Assembly: GCA_039930965.1 (NCBI GenBank)
Contig: JBDTSU010000001.1
Span: 1-34,941, forward strand
DNA: 34,941 nt
Direction of reading: 5' to 3'
DNA from: Betaproteobacteria bacterium
GTDB lineage: Bacteria; Pseudomonadota; Gammaproteobacteria; Burkholderiales; Usitatibacteraceae
A program made the position numbers and the translations under genes. Each line of letters begins with the position of its first letter. Within the stretch, counting starts at the first letter, position 1. The notes beneath the pieces are model-generated. The model made no database searches. It was not told the DNA's origin and saw only the letters and a program-made list of their open reading frames with translations. This document shows, one piece after another, positions 8,031 to 16,969 of this stretch.

Positions 8031-9167
8031 ATGGCAACAACCGCCCGCATCAAAGTCGATTTTGACCGGCCGAGCGTCACCGCATTTCGGTCAACGACAA
8101 CTACCGGGCAGGCTTGGGCGAATATCGTGCCCGAACCCACCCCGCACGAACGAATCGAGCTCAAGACACGGATTAAGCGCCTGCTCAGGGAGCAGGATGC
8201 AGTGCTGGTCGCGCACTACTATGTCCATCCGGACCTGCAGGAGCTTGCCGAGGAGACCGGCGGTTGTGTGTCCGATTCACTGGAAATGGCGCGCTTTGGC
8301 CACAATCACCCGGCCAGGACCATTGTTGTTTGCGGCGTTCGATTCATGGGCGAGACGGCAAAGATACTCAACATGGAAAAGCGCGTGATCATGCCGGAAC
8401 TCGCCGCGGAATGTTCCCTCGACCTGGGTTGTCCGGCGGATGAATTTTCCGCATTCTGCGACGCAAACCCGGATCGAACCGTGGTGGTGTATGCCAATAC
8501 CAGCGCCGCGGTCAAGGCCCGTGCCGACTGGATGGTGACTTCATCGATCGGACTGAAGATTGTCGAACACCTGCACGCTCGCGGTGAAAAAATACTTTGG
8601 GCACCGGATCGTCATCTCGGCGCCTACATACAGCGCGAGACGGGGGCAGACATGCTGCTTTGGCAGGGTTCGTGCATTGTCCATGACGAATTCAAGGTAT
8701 TCGAACTGGCGGAGCTCAAGAAGCAGCATCCACGGGCCAAGGTGCTTGTTCACCCAGAGTCGCCGGAGGGGGTGGTGAAGCTTGCGGATGTGGTCGGCTC
8801 GACCACCCAGATCATCCGCGCCGCACAAACGATCGACGCACCGGAATTCATCGTTGCCACGGACAAAGGCATCTTCCACAAGATGCAGGCGGCAGCGCCA
8901 GGCAAAGTCCTGATCGAGGCCCCGACCGCCGGCAACTCTGCAACCTGCAAAAGTTGCGCGCACTGTCCATGGATGGCCATGAACGGACTCGCCAACCTTG
9001 CGCATGCGCTCGAGGTCAGCACGAATGAAGTTACGGTGGACGCCGGCATCGCCGGTCGCGCCAGACGGTCAATCCAGCGCATGCTGGATTTCGCAAAGGG
9101 GATGGAACTCGCCAATGTATCGTTGAGAAACATGCCTGGTCACAATTCCGGCATCGGTCCCGCGTGA
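8031..9167 (+). CDS. nadA: Quinolinate synthase
   Basis: 378 aa with [27 protein letters not shown] and [11 protein letters not shown] (Fe-S cysteines). GGAGAC SD 8 nt upstream. Only 20 nt after the kynU stop. Confidence 0.95.
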   Translation: MATTARIKVDFDRPSVTAFRSTTTTGQAWANIVPEPTPHERIELKTRIKRLLREQDAVLVAHYYVHPDLQELAEETGGCVSDSLEMARFGHNHPARTIVVCGVRFMGETAKILNMEKRVIMPELAAECSLDLGCPADEFSAFCDANPDRTVVVYANTSAAVKARADWMVTSSIGLKIVEHLHARGEKILWAPDRHLGAYIQRETGADMLLWQGSCIVHDEFKVFELAELKKQHPRAKVLVHPESPEGVVKLADVVGSTTQIIRAAQTIDAPEFIVATDKGIFHKMQAAAPGKVLIEAPTAGNSATCKSCAHCPWMAMNGLANLAHALEVSTNEVTVDAGIAGRARRSIQRMLDFAKGMELANVSLRNMPGHNSGIGPA

Positions 9168-9344
9168 TGAACAGGCGCATTGACGTTGACAAGATTTAAC
9201 AGTGAGTCTTGCGCGCGATGTGACTTCCCTCATAGCTTGACCGCGCAGGAGATGGGGTACACTCGTGCCAGACATTCAGCCTTGGCAGCGACGTTGATGC
9301 GGTCATTCGAGTTGAAAAAATAACAGCGGCACAGACAGTCAATT

Positions 9345-9884
9345 ATGATCAAAAGCGATTCCGGCGATGAGGCGGGCCTGCCGCCTGCAGAAGAGATTGA
9401 CCCCGCCATTCTGGCGGAGTTGACTCGCGCATTGTTGCCGTACCTTGGCCCGTACTCGATTACCACCGTCAAACGAGCCAGCAGGGCCACGCATGATTCC
9501 AACGAGGCGATTCAGCTGGTTGCCCAGCATATCGAAGACCAGTCGAAGCGCGAACTGTTCCTGAAGAACGCAAAGCGGATACTCAGCACGTTTCGCCCGC
9601 CTGCGCCTGCCGTTGCCAAAACCGCCGTAATCGCGAGCGGTCACCAGACCACGGGGGGGCGTCCCGCCACACCAATCACCGCGGAACTTATGCAGCGCGG
9701 GGAGGCGGCTCTTGCACCAATCATCGGTCCACTGGCCAGCGTGCTGGTTACGCGCTACGCCAACGCCGCGGAGAATTCCAGGGATTTTTTCGAGCGATTG
9801 GCCGGCCACCTTCGGACGCCGGAGGAGCGGGATTCATTTTTCACCCACATTCGCGGCAGTAGCGGTGGCGTGGCGGCACGCTAG
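9345..9884 (+). CDS. Hypothetical cytoplasmic protein made of two copies of a ~58-aa helical module joined by a Pro/Ala/Gly linker
   Basis: 179 aa. aa 22-79 and aa 111-170 align in register after the GP motif. The shared pattern is LxP(Y/I)(L/I)GP-x5-V-x-R-x3-A-x3-S-x7-A-x-H(I/L)-x5-(K/E)R(E/D)-x-F. No signal peptide or TM segment and no obvious SD. Confidence 0.55.
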   Translation: MIKSDSGDEAGLPPAEEIDPAILAELTRALLPYLGPYSITTVKRASRATHDSNEAIQLVAQHIEDQSKRELFLKNAKRILSTFRPPAPAVAKTAVIASGHQTTGGRPATPITAELMQRGEAALAPIIGPLASVLVTRYANAAENSRDFFERLAGHLRTPEERDSFFTHIRGSSGGVAAR

Positions 9885-9945
9885 GACGCAGCATGCTGTT
9901 GATTACTGACAGGCCCTTGCCGGGCAAACATACGGGGTATTCGCC

Positions 9946-10638
9946 ATGGGGCTGCGGCTCAAGTTCAATCTGATTCTGCTGGTCGTGTTCGTGGCCGGCT
10001 TCGCGACCATTGGCGTGGTTGCGCTGCGTTATCTTGAAAACCAGGCCATTGATGATGCGCAGCGAGCGGCGCAGGTGGTACTGGATGCGGCCGGCTTCGC
10101 GAATCTCGATCCCCGAATCGCGTCCGGGATTGGCTCGCGATTGGTGGACATGAAAGTACGCGAGTTCCTCGCGACCGAGAATCTGAGCGGCATCGAGGCT
10201 CAGGTTGCGCAAAAAATGAAGGCCACGAAGGCAGGCCAAATGTCGGAGATCATTACCACCACGACCGGCGACCGGCGGCTGGCGGTCGCGCGCACCATCC
10301 GCGCGGGCGATGCCGGCAACCTGAAGATTCGGCTGGCCAATGTCGACCTGGCACCAGTGCTCGCCACGGCGCATATCGCGCTCACCACCCTGATGAGTTC
10401 CATTGGCGCGGTATTTCTCGCCGTGTTCGTCGTGCTCAACTTGATGCTGGATCGCATGATCGTTCGTCCTGTGGCGGAAATGGCGCGCCAAGCCGACGCC
10501 GTTTCGATCGGCAATTTTTCAATTCCGGAGTTTGCCCCCAAAACCCGGGACGAAATCGGCGTGCTCGGCATTGCGTTCAATCGCATGCGCCGCAGCACCG
10601 AGGAGGCGATCAAACTTCTCAAAGGCGGCAACTTCTAG
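9946..10638 (+). CDS. Membrane-anchored HAMP-domain protein lacking any output domain
   Basis: 230 aa. TM1 at aa 7-27, a ~115-aa extracytoplasmic segment, TM2 around aa 143-167, then a HAMP domain (MIVRPVAEMARQADAVSIGNF...TRDEIGVLGIAFNRMRRSTEEA). The protein ends about 10 aa later. Confidence 0.8.
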   Translation: MGLRLKFNLILLVVFVAGFATIGVVALRYLENQAIDDAQRAAQVVLDAAGFANLDPRIASGIGSRLVDMKVREFLATENLSGIEAQVAQKMKATKAGQMSEIITTTTGDRRLAVARTIRAGDAGNLKIRLANVDLAPVLATAHIALTTLMSSIGAVFLAVFVVLNLMLDRMIVRPVAEMARQADAVSIGNFSIPEFAPKTRDEIGVLGIAFNRMRRSTEEAIKLLKGGNF

Positions 10639-10652
10639 TGCCATGCGCGCCG

Positions 10653-11828
10653 CTATTCCGAGTACAGGGCACTCGCCTGATAACGCGCATTGACGTGCCG
10701 CAGTCCGACAAGGATCGCGGCGCTCGCGGGCAACGCCAGCAACAAACCAAAGAATCCGAATACCTGCCCAAACGCCAACAGCGCAAATATGACGGCGACG
10801 GGATGCAACCCTATGCGGTCACCTACCAGCCACGGCGTGACCAGGAATCCCTCAATCAGCTGGCCGGCACCGAAGACCAACCAGACCAGTGCGACGCCGT
10901 TAAAATCTGACGGAAATTGCATGACCGCTGCCACGGTGCCGAGTACGAGCCCTGCCCCACTGCCCAGATAGGGAACAAATACCAGCAGGCCGGTAATAAG
11001 ACCGACCGGAAGCGCGAAATTGAGCCCGACGAGCCACAGGCCGGTCACGTAGAACGCCGCCATGATGAGCATCACACTCACTTGACCGCGCAGGAACTCG
11101 GCAAGTACCGCATCAATTTCCTTGGCGACGATTGTTACCGTCGAATGGACATGTCGCGGGATCAGTTTATCGATGTGACCCAATATGACGCGCCAGTCAC
11201 GCAATACATAAAACAGCACGACCGGAATGAGCAACAGGTTGATCAAGAAACCTGCCACGGCCAGCCCGCCAACACTGACCGACGAGAACAGTTTCCTGGC
11301 AATTCCGGATGTGTCCGACAGATTGTCAGCCAGGAACTGTTTCAACGTACCCGGATCGAGATTGATTGCAATGTCGAATTTTTCGTTCAGCCACGGAACT
11401 GTGCGCGTCTTCAGTTGTTCCACAAAACCGGGAATCAGCTCGACCAACTGTGCAACTTCCTTGTAGAACAGCGGCAGCACGATTAGGAGCAAAAGCAGCA
11501 CCGCCAGCAGCAGTACCAACACGGCAATGGCGGTGCCCACCATTCGCGACAGGCCCAGTTTCTCCAGTCTGCTGACCAGCGGATCGAAGATATAGGCGAG
11601 GATTGCCGCGGCGAGAAACGGCGCCAGGATCGGTGATAGCAACCACAGCAGCATCGAAAACCCGAGCAGCGCGAGCAACATCGTCGCCATGTTCCAGTTC
11701 AACCATGACGGCGGCGCCAGTGTTGCCGGCCGGCCGCGGGCGCGCAACCGGCGAAGAAATGCAGGAACGGCGTCTTCATCAGCACTTGCATGGGAATGAA
11801 AAGTAACGCGCGGGGATCTGCGGGGCAT
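10653..11828 (-). CDS. AI-2E family transporter (PerM/UPF0118-type permease)
   Basis: Polytopic membrane protein with the family-typical LAPFLAAAILAYIFDPLVSRLEKLG start and a C-terminal GLxLALP region. The start is uncertain; an in-frame ATG at 11690 would give 345 aa. Confidence 0.8.
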   Translation of the reverse strand: MPRRSPRVTFHSHASADEDAVPAFLRRLRARGRPATLAPPSWLNWNMATMLLALLGFSMLLWLLSPILAPFLAAAILAYIFDPLVSRLEKLGLSRMVGTAIAVLVLLLAVLLLLLIVLPLFYKEVAQLVELIPGFVEQLKTRTVPWLNEKFDIAINLDPGTLKQFLADNLSDTSGIARKLFSSVSVGGLAVAGFLINLLLIPVVLFYVLRDWRVILGHIDKLIPRHVHSTVTIVAKEIDAVLAEFLRGQVSVMLIMAAFYVTGLWLVGLNFALPVGLITGLLVFVPYLGSGAGLVLGTVAAVMQFPSDFNGVALVWLVFGAGQLIEGFLVTPWLVGDRIGLHPVAVIFALLAFGQVFGFFGLLLALPASAAILVGLRHVNARYQASALYSE

Positions 11829-11943
11829 GTCAGAGGCATTTCCAGTAAAATTATGCTGATTCAGGGATCGGCAAGCGCCAATCCTAACTCAATTCCCGCC
11901 AGCGCTCCTTGCCCGGCGACCACTACGCACCCAACCTCCCGTC

Positions 11944-12990
11944 ATGAAAAACACGCTTTCGCCATTGACCTATAAGGATGCCGGCGTCGATATCGACGCG
12001 GGTGACCAGTTGGTCGAAAACATCAAGCCATTTGCCAAGCGCACCATGAGGCCCGAGGTGCTCGGCGGCATTGGCGGCTTTGGTGCCATGGTGGAGGTGT
12101 CCAAGAAGTTCAAGAATCCGGTGATGGTTTCGGGCACCGATGGCGTCGGCACCAAGCTTAAGGTGGCTTTTCACCTCAACAAACACGATACCGTTGGCCA
12201 GGATCTTGTCGCCATGAGCGTCAACGATATCCTGGTGCAAGGTGCGGAGCCGGTTTTCTTTCTCGATTACTTTGCCTGCGGCAAGCTCGATGTCGATATT
12301 GCGACCGACGTGGTCAAAGGCATTGCCTACGGCTGTGAACTGGCGGGGTGTGCGCTAATCGGCGGCGAAACCGCTGAAATGCCGTCCATGTATCCCGAGG
12401 GCGAATATGATCTGGCCGGTTTTGCCGTCGGACTGATAGAGAAGGATGACGTTATCACCGGCAAGTCAATTTGCAAGGGTGACGTGGTACTGGGTCTTCA
12501 ATCGAGCGGCGCGCACTCAAACGGCTATTCGCTGATCCGCAAAGTCATTGAGCGGTCGGGAGTGGATTTGCATGCCGCGCAAAACCGGACGTTGGCGCTT
12601 GATCTGCTGGCGCCGACGCGCATCTACGTAAAACCGCTGCTGGCGCTCCTGGCGGCGCATCCGAAGGTCGTGAAGGGCATGGCGCATATCACGGGGGGCG
12701 GTCTGACCGAGAACATTCCGCGGGTGTTGCCCAATGATGTGATGGCGGTACTCGATCGCAATTCATGGGACGCGCCAGCGGTATTCGCATGGTTGCAGCA
12801 ACACGGCCGGATCGACGAAGACGAAATGGCGCGCACATTCAACTGCGGAATAGGCATGGTTGTGATTGTGGCGGCCGCGCAGGCCGCGATGGTAAAACGC
12901 TTCTTGCAGGGCGCCGGCGAGACCGTATTCACGATCGGCGTCATCCAGCCCCGGCGGCCTGGCGCGAAACAGGCAATTGTGAATCGATAA
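11944..12990 (+). CDS. purM: Phosphoribosylformylglycinamidine cyclo-ligase (AIR synthetase)
   Basis: 348 aa with [30 protein letters not shown] and GGETAEMP signatures. Confidence 0.97.
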   Translation: MKNTLSPLTYKDAGVDIDAGDQLVENIKPFAKRTMRPEVLGGIGGFGAMVEVSKKFKNPVMVSGTDGVGTKLKVAFHLNKHDTVGQDLVAMSVNDILVQGAEPVFFLDYFACGKLDVDIATDVVKGIAYGCELAGCALIGGETAEMPSMYPEGEYDLAGFAVGLIEKDDVITGKSICKGDVVLGLQSSGAHSNGYSLIRKVIERSGVDLHAAQNRTLALDLLAPTRIYVKPLLALLAAHPKVVKGMAHITGGGLTENIPRVLPNDVMAVLDRNSWDAPAVFAWLQQHGRIDEDEMARTFNCGIGMVVIVAAAQAAMVKRFLQGAGETVFTIGVIQPRRPGAKQAIVNR

Positions 12991-13091
12991 ATTCAACGAA
13001 CTCCAGCATCGGCGCGGCTTCTGGCGCCATTTCGCCCTGCGAGCCGCGCCAGTACTGGACATTGCGCCCGGCATTTGCATATTGAGAGTCC

Positions 13092-13739
13092 ATGAAATCA
13101 GTCGTCATTCTTATTTCTGGCCGTGGCAGCAATATGGAGGCCATAGTCAAGGCCAATCTGCCAATCGAAGTACGCGCGGTAATTGCCAATCGGCCCGATG
13201 CAAAAGGACTGCAGTATGCCGCTGCGCATGGAATCCAGACATCGATCGTCGATCACAAATCATTTTCCACGCGCGAAGCGTTCGACGAGCGGCTTGCCGA
13301 CACCATCGATCGATACGCGCCTGACTGCATTTTGCTGGCTGGCTTCATGCGCGTCTTGACGGATGCATTTGTTGCTCGTTATCGCAGGCGCATCATCAAC
13401 ATACACCCGTCGCTGTTGCCGGCGTTTCCAGGATTGCACACCCATCGTCAGGCCATCGCCGCGGGCGCCAAATTGCACGGTGCAACAGTTCATTTCGTCA
13501 CAGGACAACTTGATCATGGACCCATCATCGTCCAGGCTGCCGTGCCGGTACTGAACGGCGATTCCGAAGCGTCACTGGCGGCCCGGGTCCTTGAACAGGA
13601 ACACCGCATTTATCCCATGGCGATCAGGTGGCTTGCCGAAGACCGGCTGGAATTTGTCGCCGAAGGTGTCGTCCAGGTAAAGGGGCTTCGCGTTTCCAGT
13701 CAGGTATCGACGCCCAACTTATGTTCTCCCTCTGAATGA
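13092..13739 (+). CDS. purN: Phosphoribosylglycinamide formyltransferase
   Basis: 215 aa with ILISGRGSNM, INIHPSLLPAF and GATVHFVTGQLDHGPII motifs. Confidence 0.95.
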   Translation: MKSVVILISGRGSNMEAIVKANLPIEVRAVIANRPDAKGLQYAAAHGIQTSIVDHKSFSTREAFDERLADTIDRYAPDCILLAGFMRVLTDAFVARYRRRIINIHPSLLPAFPGLHTHRQAIAAGAKLHGATVHFVTGQLDHGPIIVQAAVPVLNGDSEASLAARVLEQEHRIYPMAIRWLAEDRLEFVAEGVVQVKGLRVSSQVSTPNLCSPSE

Positions 13740-13744
13740 CGTGA

Positions 13745-14473
13745 ATGCACGGCCAAATCATTAGCCGATTGAATGTTTTGCTCTTCGCGACCTGCGCTAT
13801 TTTCGCGGGCCATGCGCATTGCCAGTCGCTTCAAGCCGGACCGACACAAATCCTTGCCCATTACAAGATTCACAAAAGCGGCATCCTTATCGGGACCGTG
13901 GAGGAAAGACTTAGCCGCGACGGCGACACTTACAAGATTGTGTCCGAGACGCACACGGCGGGCGCACTGAAATGGTTCCTGGATGACCAGGTGACATTGA
14001 GCTCGGAAGGCAAAGTGGGACCGAATGGGTTAGAACCGTTCCGCTATGAGCTAAAGCGCCGCAACGACCCGACCAAAAACGTATCGGCCGATTTTGATCA
14101 AAGCAGGAGCAAAATCATCTCGAATCATCACAACAAGACTGAAACGTTCCATTTGCCGGCCGGCACAATGGATCGGCTCTCTGCGCTGTACCAGTTTGCA
14201 TTCGTGACCACGCATGCGCCGGAGGTGACATTCTGGATGAGCCAGGGCAAAGAGGCGGAACAGTATCACTACCGTAAACAGGGAGAACCCGTCATACAGG
14301 TCGGTGACACCAGCTATCCAACACTTCACTACGCGCGGGTCGCCGAAAAAGGCCGCCCGCAAGCGCAGCTTTGGCTAGCAAAGGACCGGCAATTCCTGCC
14401 GGTGCGAATGATATTTGAAGACTCGCGCGGGCTGTCGCTGGAGCAGACGCTGGTTGATCTGCAAATAAAATAG
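13745..14473 (+). CDS. Secreted DUF3108-like protein
   Basis: 242 aa with an N-terminal signal peptide (LLFATCAIFAGHAHC). The body resembles DUF3108 as I recall it and shares the motif DRLSALYQFAF with the next gene (DMQSFLFQLAF). Confidence 0.7.
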   Translation: MHGQIISRLNVLLFATCAIFAGHAHCQSLQAGPTQILAHYKIHKSGILIGTVEERLSRDGDTYKIVSETHTAGALKWFLDDQVTLSSEGKVGPNGLEPFRYELKRRNDPTKNVSADFDQSRSKIISNHHNKTETFHLPAGTMDRLSALYQFAFVTTHAPEVTFWMSQGKEAEQYHYRKQGEPVIQVGDTSYPTLHYARVAEKGRPQAQLWLAKDRQFLPVRMIFEDSRGLSLEQTLVDLQIK

Positions 14474-14476
14474 TAG

Positions 14477-15652
14477 TTGACATCTCTGGCCATGCTTTTC
14501 AGCGCGCGGATCGCGAACTTGCCGCCGTCAAACACGGCATGGTCTTTCTTGCGCCACCGGCGGGCGTTGTTTCTCGCCTTTGTGCTGTCACTGGCGCTGC
14601 ATTTGTTCGTTTGGCTATCGACGCCCTATTTCATCAAAGCCTGGAAGGCGCCGGCCGCCGCGAAATTTGAGGCGGTACTATTGCCGAAGAGCGACCTGCC
14701 ATCTGTCGTAGTTCCAGTTCAGAAGCCCTCCTCAAGCCGTACTTCGCGCACCACCCGTCCCCCGCCCGTCAGAACCCGGCCGGTGGCTGTTCCCGAGGCA
14801 CATTTTGTGGCCCCCGAGGGCAGCATCGCCATCGAACCCGCACCCCGGCCTGGCGATGGGAACGCGACGGCCGCTCCCGCCGGAACCGACATCCAGCCGT
14901 CCTTCGCTGAGCCAGGGTACGCAAGTGCGCCCGTGAATCCGGTGACCACCTCTGCCATTCCTCCCTCGACGCCGATTGACACCGAAATCCAGCCTGTGGA
15001 GGTGCCGGTACAACTGCCGGCGCGCATTGCCATTGCATACAAGATGACCTCCAGCATTTCGGACGGTGTGGCGTACTATGCCTGGGCGCGTGACGGAGAC
15101 CGGTTCGAGATTGACAGCAGCATGCAGGCCACCGGGTTCATTATCGGCAATTTTGTTGGCGTCCTTCACCAGGTCAGCCGGGGTCTCGTCACGCCAGCCG
15201 GACTCCAGCCAATTTCGTTTCAGATCCAGCGCGGCGAAGGCGCACTGGACACCGCCGATTTCCTGCACAAGTCTGGTGAACTGAAATTGACTCGTGCTGG
15301 CGACGCAAGGCTTTTGCCGCTGCCACCGCTGATTCAGGACATGCAAAGTTTCCTGTTCCAATTGGCCTTTGATGCCCCCAAGTTGCAGGGTCCCGATGAC
15401 CGGCTCGAAGTCCTGGTAACCAATGCGCGAAAAGTCTATCGCCATCGCTTCCGGCAGGTCGGAATGGAAACAATCGAAATCCGGTCAGGCACCCTTCAGG
15501 CGATGCATCTGCGCAGCGAGGCAGTGGAACCGGAAGATACCTACGAGGTGTGGCTGACGCCGGACAACCACTATCTGCCCGTCAGGATCAGGTTTTACGC
15601 CGGGCGCTTCCCGGTTGAATTAATTGCGACAAGCATCCGGACTACGCCATAA
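14477..15652 (+). CDS. Membrane-anchored protein: N-terminal TM, Pro-rich linker, C-terminal DUF3108-like domain
   Basis: The track start at 14477 is TTG; an ATG at 14492 is an alternative. TM helix ALFLAFVLSLALHLFVWL. About 130 aa of Pro/Ser/Thr/Ala-rich linker. The C-terminal ~210 aa are paralogous to the preceding gene. Confidence 0.7.
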   Translation: MTSLAMLFSARIANLPPSNTAWSFLRHRRALFLAFVLSLALHLFVWLSTPYFIKAWKAPAAAKFEAVLLPKSDLPSVVVPVQKPSSSRTSRTTRPPPVRTRPVAVPEAHFVAPEGSIAIEPAPRPGDGNATAAPAGTDIQPSFAEPGYASAPVNPVTTSAIPPSTPIDTEIQPVEVPVQLPARIAIAYKMTSSISDGVAYYAWARDGDRFEIDSSMQATGFIIGNFVGVLHQVSRGLVTPAGLQPISFQIQRGEGALDTADFLHKSGELKLTRAGDARLLPLPPLIQDMQSFLFQLAFDAPKLQGPDDRLEVLVTNARKVYRHRFRQVGMETIEIRSGTLQAMHLRSEAVEPEDTYEVWLTPDNHYLPVRIRFYAGRFPVELIATSIRTTP

Positions 15653-15706
15653 TTCGCCCTTGGGACGCAATTTCGCGTCCTGTCCGGTCTTTCTGGCCCT
15701 TCCTGC

Positions 15707-16966
15707 ATGTCATTCACTCCTGCCCAATTCAATACCCTCGTTGAAGCACTCACCGTTGTATTGCCGCTTACCTCACCGGCTGACGTGCAACTGAAACGGT
15801 TTTTTCGCGAACATGCCAAGCTGGGGCCGCCCGACCGCGCCTTGATAGCCGAGACTGTCTATGCCGTGCTGCGCCATCGACGCGCCATCGAGAGTATTGC
15901 CACCGATGGCGTACCGCGCAAGATGGCATTGCTGGCGTTGACGCGCTTTCAGGGAATCAGCGCCCGCGAACTGATGACAGTTCTGAAAAAGAGCGAGAGC
16001 ACCTGGTTGGGCGAGGCGAAATCGCACCCCGCGGCCAATCCGCCGCTGGGGATTGCGGCAGAGTTACCAGACTGGGTGATTGCGCACTTAAAGGTATTCA
16101 TGAGCGACAAGGAGATCATCGCCCTTGGCCGAAGCATGATGAATCCCGCACCATTGGACCTGCGGGTCAACACCGTCAAGGGCAAGCGCGACGCGGTCAT
16201 GGCGCAGCTGCGGAAAGGCGGCATCGCCTGTGCGGCAACGCCCTTTTCCCCGATCGGCATTCGTCTCGAGAACAAGATTTCGCTCGCCCAGCACGCGGCG
16301 TTCATCGAAGGTTTTGTCGAGGTGCAAGACGAGGGTAGCCAGTTGCTCGGGTTGCTGATGGAGGCCAAACGCAGCGAGATGGTCGTGGATTTTTGCGCCG
16401 GGGCGGGTGGAAAGACGCTGTTGCTTGGCGCCGCGATGGCCTCGACCGGCCGCGTCTACGCCTTTGACGTTTCCGAGAAACGCCTTACCAATCTGGGACC
16501 CCGACTAAAACGGTCCGGTCTCTCCAACATCACGCCGCAGAAAATTGACTCGGAGAACGATGCGCGCATTAAGCGGCTGGCGGGAAAGATCGATCGTGTG
16601 CTGGTGGATGCGCCGTGTACCGGATTGGGTACCCTGCGTCGCAATCCGGATCTGAAATGGCGTCAGACCGAGCAGGGCCTGAAAGAACTGAATGTCAAAC
16701 AGGCCGCCATCCTCAAGTCCGCCTCGAGGCTGACAAAACCGGGCGGCCGTCTGCTCTATGCGACCTGCAGCTTCTTGCCGGAGGAAAACGAACAGATCGT
16801 CACCGAGTTCCTCGCATCCCACGCCGATTTCAAGCTGCTTCCCGCATCCGCGATCATCGCCCGGCTCAAGATACCCATCAAAGACATGGGCGACCACTTC
16901 CGGTTGTCGCCGCAACAGCACGGTACCGATGGTTTCTTTGCGGCCGTGATGGAGCGCCGCAAATAG
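15707..16966 (+). CDS. rsmB: RsmB/NOP2/Sun-family rRNA cytosine-C5 methyltransferase
   Basis: 419 aa with SAM motif DFCAGAGGKT, catalytic DAPCTGLGTLRRNPD and YATCS cysteines. Confidence 0.85.
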   Translation: MSFTPAQFNTLVEALTVVLPLTSPADVQLKRFFREHAKLGPPDRALIAETVYAVLRHRRAIESIATDGVPRKMALLALTRFQGISARELMTVLKKSESTWLGEAKSHPAANPPLGIAAELPDWVIAHLKVFMSDKEIIALGRSMMNPAPLDLRVNTVKGKRDAVMAQLRKGGIACAATPFSPIGIRLENKISLAQHAAFIEGFVEVQDEGSQLLGLLMEAKRSEMVVDFCAGAGGKTLLLGAAMASTGRVYAFDVSEKRLTNLGPRLKRSGLSNITPQKIDSENDARIKRLAGKIDRVLVDAPCTGLGTLRRNPDLKWRQTEQGLKELNVKQAAILKSASRLTKPGGRLLYATCSFLPEENEQIVTEFLASHADFKLLPASAIIARLKIPIKDMGDHFRLSPQQHGTDGFFAAVMERRK

Positions 16967-16969
16967 GCC

